From an uncultured Acidobacteriota bacterium (lineage in GTDB: Bacteria > Acidobacteriota > JAQAZP01), in contig CAWIIB010000001.1 of the NCBI GenBank assembly GCA_963836075.1, forward strand, positions 1,856,001-1,920,000: a stretch of 64,000 nucleotides of DNA. The letters are read 5' to 3'. Below are positions 39,977 to 48,608 of this stretch, piece by piece. Each line of letters opens with the position of its first letter. The stretch's first letter is position 1. The translations under genes and the position numbers were made by a program. Under the pieces are notes generated by a model. That model did no database searches. It was not told the DNA's origin and saw only the letters and a program-made list of their open reading frames with translations.

Positions 39977-41281
39977 ATGCTGGAAACGGTCATCTACGCG
40001 GCGACGGCGGCGACGGTCATCGGCATCCCCGCCGTCTACATCTTCCTCGAGATGCGGAAGGCCCGCCTGGCCAGGGAGATGTGGCAGGCCGCCGAGACCC
40101 GGGGGCTCACCGAACCGGTGAACCTGCACCCGGTGATCGACCCGGCCCGCTGTATCGGCACCGCCGCCTGTGTCCCGGCCTGCCCCGAGGGTGAAATTCT
40201 CGGGGTCCTCGACGGCCGTGCCAAACTGGTTTCGCCGAGCAAGTGCATCGGCCACGGGGCCTGCGAGGCGTCCTGCCCGGTGGGGGCCATCACCCTGGTC
40301 TTCGGCACGGAGCGCCGCGGGGTGGACATCCCCTATGTCAAGGAGACCTTCGAGACCAACGTGGAGGGAATCTACATCGCCGGCGAACTGGGAGGCATGG
40401 GGTTGATCCGCAACGCGGTGACCCAGGGGCGGGAGGCGATGGACTACATCTGCCGCTCGCTCGACGGCAGCCAGCCCGGGGTCCACGACGTGGCCGTGGT
40501 GGGCGCCGGACCGGCCGGTCTCTCGGCCAGTCTCCAGGCCCGTTCCGCCCGTCTGGACAGCATCACCCTCGATCAGGATGACATCGGCGGAACCATCCTC
40601 AGCTACCCGCGCCAGAAACTGGTGATGACCCGGCCGATGGAGGTGCCGCTCTACGGCACGGTGAAGGTCAGGGAAATCCTCAAGGAGGACCTGCTCGACC
40701 TGTGGAACGAGATCATCACCCGGACCGGACTGGAGATCCGCACCAAAGAGCGGGTGGAGACGGTGGTCAGGACCAACGGCTGCTTCAAGGTCGTCTCCCC
40801 CAACGGAGAGTACCTGGCCCAGCGCGTGCTGCTGGCCATCGGGCGCCGGGGCACCCCGCGAAAGCTCGGCGTCCCAGGCGAGTTGTCAGCCAAGGTGGCC
40901 TACCGGCTGCTGGAACCGGAGCAGTATCGCGGGAATGATATCCTGGTGGTGGGCGGCGGGGACAGCGCGGTTGAGGCCGCCCTTTCACTCTCCGGGCAGC
41001 AGGGGTGCCGGGTCACCCTTTCCTACCGAAAAAACGTTTTCGGCCGGATCAAGGAGAAGAACGAGAACCGGATCAGCGAAGCCATCGAGAATGGCCGGGT
41101 GCGGGTACTCTTCGAATCGGTGGTCACCGAAATCCGTGACCGGGAAGTCGTGCTGGTGCAGGACGGGAAACAAATGACCGTGATCAACGACTTCGTCTTT
41201 GTTTTTATCGGCGGTGTTCTGCCCACCAACTTCCTCCAGGGGATGGGCATCAGCATTGAACGGAAATTCGGCACGAGGTAA
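39977..41281 (+). CDS. Membrane-anchored ferredoxin-fused thioredoxin-reductase-like NAD(P)H flavoprotein
   Basis: N-terminal TM; CIGTAACVPACP and CIGHGACEASCP FeS motifs; VVGAGPAG (FAD); VVGGGDSA...LSYRK (NADPH type); no TrxB active-site CxxC seen. Confidence 0.88.
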   Translation: MLETVIYAATAATVIGIPAVYIFLEMRKARLAREMWQAAETRGLTEPVNLHPVIDPARCIGTAACVPACPEGEILGVLDGRAKLVSPSKCIGHGACEASCPVGAITLVFGTERRGVDIPYVKETFETNVEGIYIAGELGGMGLIRNAVTQGREAMDYICRSLDGSQPGVHDVAVVGAGPAGLSASLQARSARLDSITLDQDDIGGTILSYPRQKLVMTRPMEVPLYGTVKVREILKEDLLDLWNEIITRTGLEIRTKERVETVVRTNGCFKVVSPNGEYLAQRVLLAIGRRGTPRKLGVPGELSAKVAYRLLEPEQYRGNDILVVGGGDSAVEAALSLSGQQGCRVTLSYRKNVFGRIKEKNENRISEAIENGRVRVLFESVVTEIRDREVVLVQDGKQMTVINDFVFVFIGGVLPTNFLQGMGISIERKFGTR

Positions 41282-41282
41282 C

Positions 41283-42149
41283 GTGAAGATTCACCGCACA
41301 CTGCTTGTCCTGCTCTACGTTTCGGGGATTCTGCTAGCCGCGGCGCTGGCGGTGGACGGGCTGGACTACTACCGGACACCACTGGCCGAACGTCCGCACA
41401 TGGCCCGGCACGCCGAACTGAAGCCGGGTGGAATCATCGGCCACGGGCTGGGGATCCTGGGCAGCGGTCTGATCCTGCTGCTCTTCCTCTATTCGCTGCG
41501 CCGGCGGAATCTCCTCGGGCTGCGCTTCGGCGATATCGGCCAGTGGCTGAACATTCATATCCTCTTCGGTATCATGGGGCCGATATTCGTCACCCTGCAC
41601 ACCTGTTTCAAATTCGGCGGAATCGTCTCGGTAAGCTTTTATTCCATGGTGGCGGTGGCGGCCAGCGGGTTCATCGGCCGCTACCTCTATGTCCAGATTC
41701 CCCGCACCATCTCCGGGGATGAATTGACCTTGATAGAGATGGAAGAGAAGAGCCGCGAAATGGGACTGCTGCTGGAGGAATACGGCATGGATGAACAGCT
41801 TCTCGCCGAAGTGCGTGCCGTATCCGGAGCGAGGCCCAGGCGGCGAAACGCGTTGACGGTGATCCCGGCGATCATTTTCAATGACCTGGCCCGGCCGTTC
41901 AGGCGCTACGGGTTGAAAAAGCGGCTCCGCAGCCAGGCAGCAGCCCTGACTGGAGAGGATTCAGGGAAACTGATGAGAATCATCGACCGCCACTCGCTGC
42001 TGGTGCGGAAAATCGAAATGCTCTCCTCGGTCCAGCGGCTGTTTCACCTCTGGCACGTGGTGCACAAACCGTTCGCCACGGTGATGATCCTGATCATGAT
42101 GGTCCACGTGACCGTGGCCATACTCTTCGGTTACCGGTGGATTTTCTGA
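41283..42149 (+). CDS. Integral membrane protein, putative di-heme cytochrome b (ferric-reductase-TM-like)
   Basis: GTG start 1 nt after the upstream stop; ~5 TM segments; two His pairs 14 residues apart (NIH...TLH; VVH...MVH). Confidence 0.75.
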   Translation: MKIHRTLLVLLYVSGILLAAALAVDGLDYYRTPLAERPHMARHAELKPGGIIGHGLGILGSGLILLLFLYSLRRRNLLGLRFGDIGQWLNIHILFGIMGPIFVTLHTCFKFGGIVSVSFYSMVAVAASGFIGRYLYVQIPRTISGDELTLIEMEEKSREMGLLLEEYGMDEQLLAEVRAVSGARPRRRNALTVIPAIIFNDLARPFRRYGLKKRLRSQAAALTGEDSGKLMRIIDRHSLLVRKIEMLSSVQRLFHLWHVVHKPFATVMILIMMVHVTVAILFGYRWIF

Positions 42150-43891
42150 TGGGATTGGGATACCTGGCAACCCGCACGATCCACGGCCTGGCCGCAGCGC
42201 TGCTGATGGCCGTCGTCACCGTTCCGGTCCCGGCCCAGTTGTCGCCGGGAGACCTGGCCCGGCCCCACGCCGATCTGGAGGGCATGGCCAGCTGCATCTC
42301 CTGCCACAAACTCGGCGAAGGGCCCAGCGACCGGCTCTGTCTCGACTGCCACGCCGAAATCGACGAGCGGCTGAAGAGCCGCCGGGGCTACCACCACCGG
42401 CTGATGCAGGACCGGGAGAACAGCTGCCCGAAATGTCACAGCGACCACAACGGCCGCGAGTTCGAACTGATTCACTGGCCGGAGAGCGAGGAGCGGTTCG
42501 ACCACGCGCTCACCGGATACCAGTTCGAAGGCGCCCACACCGCGTTGAAGTGCCGCCAGTGCCACCAGCCGAAATACATCGCCCGCGACCTCCGGATCCT
42601 CCGGCCGGATGTGAACCTCGAGCGGACCTTCCTCGGCCTGGGCACCCGCTGCCTCCACTGCCACGAGGACCGGCACGGGGAGCAGCTGACCGACGACTGC
42701 ACGCGCTGCCACGACCAGCAGCAGTGGAAGCCGGCCCGGTTCTTCGACCACGAGCTGGCCGGGTACCGCCTCACCGGCCTCCACCAGCAGGTGGCCTGCA
42801 AGAAGTGCCACCCGGCAATACCCGGGGAGGCTGAGATGGACGGACAGCCGGCCCTCCGCTACACCGGCATCTCCTTCGGCGCCTGCACCGACTGCCACCG
42901 GGACGAGGTCCACAAGGGCCGCCTGGGCACCCGCTGCGAGGAATGCCACCAGACCGGCGGCTGGCGTCAGCCAGTGGGCGACCGAGAGCGTTTCGATCAC
43001 TCGAAAACCGTCTATCCCCTTGAGGGGCGGCACGCCGTGGTGGAGTGCCGCAAGTGCCACAAAGGACCGAAGTACACAACGCCGCTGCGTCACGGCGCCT
43101 GCGCCGACTGCCACCAGGACACGCACCAGGGCCAGTTCGCCAAGCGGGCCGACGGCGGCCGCTGCGAGAGCTGTCACGACCTGAACGGCTTCCTTCCCGC
43201 GAAATTCGACCTGCCCGAGCACCAGTTGGGCCCCTACCCGCTCACCGGGGCGCACACCGCACTGCCCTGCAGCGACTGCCACCAGCTGGAGGCGCTGCGA
43301 GGTACCGAACCTGTGCGGCGTTTCCGCATGGCTGACAGCGCATGCCAGGACTGCCACAGGGACGAGCACCGGGGGCAGTTCCCGCCCCGTCTGGGCGAAC
43401 CGTGGTGCGAGACATGCCACACCACATCGACCTGGAAGGGGGTGCAGATCGACCATGGCCTGACCCGTTTCCCGCTGGAAGCAAGCCACGGTCAGGTGGC
43501 CTGCGCCAAGTGCCACCCGCGGGTGGACGAGGGCGCCGAGAACGAGCACACCCGCTACCGGCCCCTGGAGCTGACCTGCGTCGGCTGCCACACCGACATT
43601 CACCGGGGCCAGTTCGCGGTTGGCGAAACGCCGAAAGACTGCATCACGTGCCACGCACCAGAAACCTGGAAAAAGATCACCTTCGATCACGACCGCGATT
43701 CACGGTTCTCACTCAGAGGGGCTCACGAAAGGGTACCCTGCGCCAGTTGTCACTCTCTGGAAAATGCCGGCGGCGATGGGGATGACTTTGTCCGCTACCG
43801 CCCCTTGAAAAGCGGCTGTGCCGACTGCCACCGTGGCAGTCTCGGATCCCTTGATCTCACCACTGAAGAATCCGCGCGGCCCCGACCATGA
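42137..43891 (+). CDS. Periplasmic multiheme cytochrome c, 20 CxxCH
   Basis: Signal peptide then QLSPGDLARPH; 20 CxxCH motifs counted by hand in FDH...L.G.H tri-heme repeats. Confidence 0.93.
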   Translation: MDFLMGLGYLATRTIHGLAAALLMAVVTVPVPAQLSPGDLARPHADLEGMASCISCHKLGEGPSDRLCLDCHAEIDERLKSRRGYHHRLMQDRENSCPKCHSDHNGREFELIHWPESEERFDHALTGYQFEGAHTALKCRQCHQPKYIARDLRILRPDVNLERTFLGLGTRCLHCHEDRHGEQLTDDCTRCHDQQQWKPARFFDHELAGYRLTGLHQQVACKKCHPAIPGEAEMDGQPALRYTGISFGACTDCHRDEVHKGRLGTRCEECHQTGGWRQPVGDRERFDHSKTVYPLEGRHAVVECRKCHKGPKYTTPLRHGACADCHQDTHQGQFAKRADGGRCESCHDLNGFLPAKFDLPEHQLGPYPLTGAHTALPCSDCHQLEALRGTEPVRRFRMADSACQDCHRDEHRGQFPPRLGEPWCETCHTTSTWKGVQIDHGLTRFPLEASHGQVACAKCHPRVDEGAENEHTRYRPLELTCVGCHTDIHRGQFAVGETPKDCITCHAPETWKKITFDHDRDSRFSLRGAHERVPCASCHSLENAGGDGDDFVRYRPLKSGCADCHRGSLGSLDLTTEESARPRP

Positions 43892-44206
43892 ACTTCCTAG
43901 CGAAACCCAATAACCGCCTTGTTCTGTAGATCATACGCATAATCGTCACCGACGAAATCGTCACCGAATTACAATATTGAAAGTGCCCCACCAGCAAAAC
44001 GCCAACAGGGTGATTGTTCACCGGTCAACGAAATGACATTTCACTTTTAATCAATTCATTCAAAACAACTTGCCTGATACTGCACGGGGGCGCTGGAGAG
44101 CCGTCATCATGGTATGAATCTTGTATCCTATTAGACTGATAATCACTGTGGTATATGTAGGATTCAACTGATACCCATTTGATGTGAACTGGTGAAGGAG
44201 ATCATC

Positions 44207-46957
44207 TTGACCATATATCCGGGCCGTCAGATTTTGCAGAATCACGACGAACGGTCACCCTCCGGGACGGTGGGGCGGGATCGCAGGCTGCAGGACAACC
44301 CCTGGCTGCGCACTGCCCTCTTCCTGGTCCTGTTCGCAGCCCTCTTCTTTCTCACCACCGGGATGACCGGGGAAGACGACTTCCCCCACGGCGAGTTCGA
44401 CGGGGACTGCTCACTCTGCCATACCGACGAAGCCTGGGTCCCGGCGGTAATCTCACCCGAGTTCGACCATGACGAGGCATCCGGATTCACCCGGCGCGGG
44501 GCGCACCTCGACCTGCGCTGTCAGGCCTGCCACAAGAGTCTCAATTTCGCCGAAGCGCCCCGGGAGTGCGCCGGCTGCCACGAGGACGTGCACCTGGGCG
44601 AACTGGGCTCGGACTGCGGCCGTTGCCACAACCCGGAGAGCTTCATCGACCACGGTTCCTGGCTGAGGGCACACAATTCGACCCGCATGCCGCTCACCGG
44701 CCGCCACCTCACCGCCGACTGCGAAGAATGTCACCTGCCCCAGCCCCAGGGAAGACTGAAATGGGTCAACCTGCCGGTGGACTGTTATGCCTGTCACCGG
44801 GAAGAGTACCAGGGCACCAGCAATCCGAACCACGCCGACTCGGGCTTTGACACCGGGTGCGATCAGTGCCACACCACCGCCGCCTGGTTCCCGGCCTACT
44901 TCAGCCACAACTCTTCGGGCTTCCCGCTCACCGGCGGGCACGCCGGGTTGGACTGCGAGGACTGTCACGTCGGCGGCAACTACGAGAACACGCCCAGCGA
45001 CTGTTACGCCTGCCACCAGGACGACTACGACCGAACCGACGACCCGGACCACCGGGCCGCCGGTTACTCCACCGACTGCACCCAGTGCCACACCACCAGC
45101 GACTGGAGCGGGGCGGTGGACCACACCTCATTCCCGCTCACCGGGGGGCACGGCGGCCTCGACTGCAACGACTGCCACGCCGACGGCGTCTACCAGGGAA
45201 CGCCCACCGACTGCTTCGCCTGCCACCAGGACGACTACAACCGGGAGCACGCCGGCAGCGGCTTCCCCACCGACTGCACCCAGTGCCACTCCACCAGCGA
45301 CTGGGAGGGAGCCACCGACCACTCGGCCTTCCCGCTCACCGGGGCTCACGGCACGCTGGACTGTGACGCCTGTCACGGCGACGGGGTCTACGAAGGGACG
45401 CCCACCGACTGCTACGCCTGTCACCGGGATGACTACGATAATACCGACGACCCGGATCACCAGGCAGCGGGCTACCCCACCGACTGCACCCAGTGCCACT
45501 CCACCTCCAACTGGGACGCCGAGGACGCGCACACCAGCTTCCCGCTCACCGGCGGCCACGGCGGCCTCGACTGCAACGATTGTCACGCCAACGGCGTGTA
45601 CCAGGGGACGCCCACCGACTGCTACGCCTGCCACCAGGACGACTACAATGAGGAGCACGCGGGCAGCGGCTTCCCCACCGACTGCACCCAGTGCCACACC
45701 ACCGCTAACTGGGAGGGAGCCACCGACCACTCGGCCTTCCCGCTCACCGGGGCCCACGGCACACTGGACTGCGACGCCTGTCACGCCAACGGCGTGTATG
45801 AGGGGACACCCACCGACTGCTGGTCCTGCCACCAGGACGACTACAACGGCGAGCACGCCGGCAGCGGCTTCTCCCACGACTGTACCGAGTGTCACAGCAC
45901 CAGCAACTGGGACGCCGATCTCGACCACACCAGCTGGCCGCTCACCGGCGCCCACGCCGCGGTGGACTGCAGCCTCTGCCACATCGACGGGGTCTACGAA
46001 GGCACGCCCACCGACTGCTGGTCCTGTCACAGCAGCGAATACAACCAGGAACACAGCGGCAGCGGCTTCCCCCACGACTGTTCCATCTGTCACAGCACCA
46101 CCAACTGGGATGCGGAGGATGCCCACACCAGCTGGCCGCTCACCGGCGGCCACGGCGGTCTCGACTGCAACGACTGCCACGCCGGCGGGGTCTACGAGGG
46201 CACGCCCACCGACTGCTGGTCCTGTCACGAGGACGACTACAACGACGAGCATGCCGGCAGCGGATTTCCCCACGACTGCACCGAGTGTCACTCCACCACC
46301 GACTGGGACGCCGACTTCGCCCACACCAGCTGGGCGCTCAACGGGGCCCACGCATCGGTGGCCTGCAACGACTGCCACGAGAACGGGGTCTACGAGGGAA
46401 CACCCACCGACTGCTACGACTGCCACACCTCGGACTTCACCGGCGAGCACGGAGGGGACGGCTATCCCCACGACTGCCTGCTCTGCCATGACGAGAACAA
46501 CTGGGACTCCGACTACGACCACAACAGCTTCTGGCCGCTCACCGGCGCCCACCGTTTCGCCAACTGCACCGAGTGCCACATCGGCGGGGTGTATGCGGGG
46601 ACGCCGACACTCTGTTACGACTGCCACCGGGAGGAGTACGAGGACGAGCACTCCAGCAGTACGCCGCGCCAGTGCGAGGAGTGCCACAGCACCAGCGACT
46701 GGGACGACGACAGCCCCCGAACGGCCATCGCCGACCACGACGCCCTGTTCCCCATCCGCTCCGGCCGGCACCGCAACCTCTGGTTCTCCTGCCAGGACTG
46801 TCACCCCAACAAGAAGAACCCGGCTGTCTTCACCTGCGCCGGCTGCCACTCCCCCGGCGACCACCCGGCGTCAGGGCTGAAAAAGGCGAGCCCCGCCCCC
46901 TCTGTCTTCAGGAGGGCTGACCGGGACTGCCTGGTCTGTCATCCGAGGGGGGACTGA
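44207..46957 (+). CDS. Giant multiheme cytochrome c, 37 CxxCH
   Basis: 37 CxxCH counted by hand; N-terminal hydrophobic segment; AAGGAG RBS before TTG 44207 (alternative GTG 44192). Confidence 0.93.
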   Translation: MTIYPGRQILQNHDERSPSGTVGRDRRLQDNPWLRTALFLVLFAALFFLTTGMTGEDDFPHGEFDGDCSLCHTDEAWVPAVISPEFDHDEASGFTRRGAHLDLRCQACHKSLNFAEAPRECAGCHEDVHLGELGSDCGRCHNPESFIDHGSWLRAHNSTRMPLTGRHLTADCEECHLPQPQGRLKWVNLPVDCYACHREEYQGTSNPNHADSGFDTGCDQCHTTAAWFPAYFSHNSSGFPLTGGHAGLDCEDCHVGGNYENTPSDCYACHQDDYDRTDDPDHRAAGYSTDCTQCHTTSDWSGAVDHTSFPLTGGHGGLDCNDCHADGVYQGTPTDCFACHQDDYNREHAGSGFPTDCTQCHSTSDWEGATDHSAFPLTGAHGTLDCDACHGDGVYEGTPTDCYACHRDDYDNTDDPDHQAAGYPTDCTQCHSTSNWDAEDAHTSFPLTGGHGGLDCNDCHANGVYQGTPTDCYACHQDDYNEEHAGSGFPTDCTQCHTTANWEGATDHSAFPLTGAHGTLDCDACHANGVYEGTPTDCWSCHQDDYNGEHAGSGFSHDCTECHSTSNWDADLDHTSWPLTGAHAAVDCSLCHIDGVYEGTPTDCWSCHSSEYNQEHSGSGFPHDCSICHSTTNWDAEDAHTSWPLTGGHGGLDCNDCHAGGVYEGTPTDCWSCHEDDYNDEHAGSGFPHDCTECHSTTDWDADFAHTSWALNGAHASVACNDCHENGVYEGTPTDCYDCHTSDFTGEHGGDGYPHDCLLCHDENNWDSDYDHNSFWPLTGAHRFANCTECHIGGVYAGTPTLCYDCHREEYEDEHSSSTPRQCEECHSTSDWDDDSPRTAIADHDALFPIRSGRHRNLWFSCQDCHPNKKNPAVFTCAGCHSPGDHPASGLKKASPAPSVFRRADRDCLVCHPRGD
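44900..46710 (+). repeat. Nine tandem ~200-nt intragenic repeats encoding tri-heme modules
   Basis: Recurrent CCGCTCACCGG(C/G)G...CCCACCGACTGC...GACTGCACC(C/G)AGTG(C/T)CAC DNA units. Confidence 0.9.
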
Positions 46958-46959
46958 AG

Positions 46960-48600
46960 ATGAACTGCAGAACCCTTCTCGTGATGTCGATTCTAGTGGC
47001 CCTGGCCGCCGCGGTTCCCGCCGCGGGTCAGGACGGAGAGCAGGCCACCTGTGAGATCACCTATCTCACCGGCAGCTCGGTCTACATCAACGCCGGCAGC
47101 GAGGACGGTCTCCGTCCCGGCGACCTGGTGGAGCTGGTCACCGCGGGAGAGGTGGTGCTGGTGCTCCGGGTGCGGGACGTCTCCAGCCGCAAGTCGGCCT
47201 GTATCCCCCAGGACCAGGATCTGAATCTGACCGGGCTGGTCAATGTGGGGGATACCATTCGCTACACCAGACGGGCGCCGCAGCCGCCGGCGGCCGCGGC
47301 CGTCACCGTGGAATCCGAAGCGGAGACCGCGGTGCTGACCGAGCAGACCGAGCCCGCACCGGCAACGAAAACCTCCGGCGAGCGAAGCCTGTTCGGCGGT
47401 CTGCGGGGCCGGGTGGGCCTGGCCTACCTGCTGGTCAACGACCGGGAGAACGACAGCGGCGGCTTTGACCGGCCGGCCATCACCCTGCGTCTGGACGGCG
47501 AGCACCTCGGCGATTCAGCCTTCAGCATCCACGTGGACACCCGGCTGCGGCGCACCACCAGCAACAGCAACAACGAGGCGGTGGCCAGCAACCGGATTTA
47601 CCGCTTCTCCGCCGAGTGGCAACGCCGGGGCTCGCCCTACCGGCTCTCCCTGGGCCGGCAGTATTCCCCGGGGCTGTCCGGGCTGAGCCTTCTCGACGGC
47701 CTGCTGGCCGAACGGCGCACCGACCGCTGGGCCTTTGGCATCTTTGCCGGGACCCAGCCGGATTACGAGGACTACAGCTTCTCCACGGACACCACCCAGT
47801 ACGGCATCTACGCCCAGCGCACCAGCTACCTCGACGCCGGGAAGAGCTGGGACGTGACCGCCGGCCTCTCCGCCAGCTACGGCAAGGGGGAGGACTTCCG
47901 CGAGTTCTTCTATCTCCAGGCCAACTACTTCACCCGGCGCTGGACCCTCTCGCTCAACCAGGAGGTGGACTTCAACCGCGACTGGAAGTCGGACGCCGGG
48001 GAGAGCACCGTCCAGCCCACGGCCACCTTCGCCATCGCCCGCTACCGGGTGAGCGACTACCTGACGCTCAACGCCGGCTACGACGACCGGCGCAACGTGA
48101 TCCTCTACCGCGAGTTCGAGAACCCGGAAACCGAGTTCGACGACGACAACCGGCAGGGGCTGTGGGGCGGGGCCGACGTGAACTTCCTCCAGCGCTTCCG
48201 TGCCGGGGTCAACTACCGCGGCAACAGCGGCGGGGACAACGGCACCTCCGACTCCTACACCCTGACCCTCGGGGCGCGGGACCTCTTCCCCTTCCACCTC
48301 GACATCGGGGCCCGCTCCACCCGGTTCGAGAACGACACCATGGAGGGCTGGCTGAACTCGCTGAACCTCTACCTGCCGCTGGGCCGGCGCACGCAGTTCT
48401 CGGTCTACGGCGGGCTGCGCCAGGACGAGTACGTCGAGGCGCTCAGCCCGGACCTGGTCAGCCAGGACCTGTTCTGGTACGGCGCGGAGATGAACCTCCG
48501 CTTTGGCAAGTCGTGGTTCTTCCTCATTTCACTGGAGAGGAATTCGGGGGACGTGGAGGATTTCGACCAGCTCTACACCATGCTCAGCTACCGCTTCTGA
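46960..48600 (+). CDS. Putative outer-membrane beta-barrel (porin) with small N-terminal soluble domain
   Basis: Signal peptide; VYINAGS.DGL..GD domain; Ala/Pro/Thr linker; amphipathic aromatic-rich strands ending LSYRF; starts 2 nt after the 37-heme gene stop. Confidence 0.8.
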   Translation: MNCRTLLVMSILVALAAAVPAAGQDGEQATCEITYLTGSSVYINAGSEDGLRPGDLVELVTAGEVVLVLRVRDVSSRKSACIPQDQDLNLTGLVNVGDTIRYTRRAPQPPAAAAVTVESEAETAVLTEQTEPAPATKTSGERSLFGGLRGRVGLAYLLVNDRENDSGGFDRPAITLRLDGEHLGDSAFSIHVDTRLRRTTSNSNNEAVASNRIYRFSAEWQRRGSPYRLSLGRQYSPGLSGLSLLDGLLAERRTDRWAFGIFAGTQPDYEDYSFSTDTTQYGIYAQRTSYLDAGKSWDVTAGLSASYGKGEDFREFFYLQANYFTRRWTLSLNQEVDFNRDWKSDAGESTVQPTATFAIARYRVSDYLTLNAGYDDRRNVILYREFENPETEFDDDNRQGLWGGADVNFLQRFRAGVNYRGNSGGDNGTSDSYTLTLGARDLFPFHLDIGARSTRFENDTMEGWLNSLNLYLPLGRRTQFSVYGGLRQDEYVEALSPDLVSQDLFWYGAEMNLRFGKSWFFLISLERNSGDVEDFDQLYTMLSYRF

Positions 48601-48608
48601 GGCGCGGG

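Noticed and set aside
44900-46710. Regular DNA repeats as a possible CRISPR array
   Set aside because: The units are ~200 nt, in frame and coding. There are no unique spacers and no cas genes.
44787-46880. 697-aa Thr/Ala/Pro-rich ORF and antisense 578-aa Val-rich ORF
   Set aside because: Shadow frames of the repetitive GC-rich 37-heme cytochrome gene.
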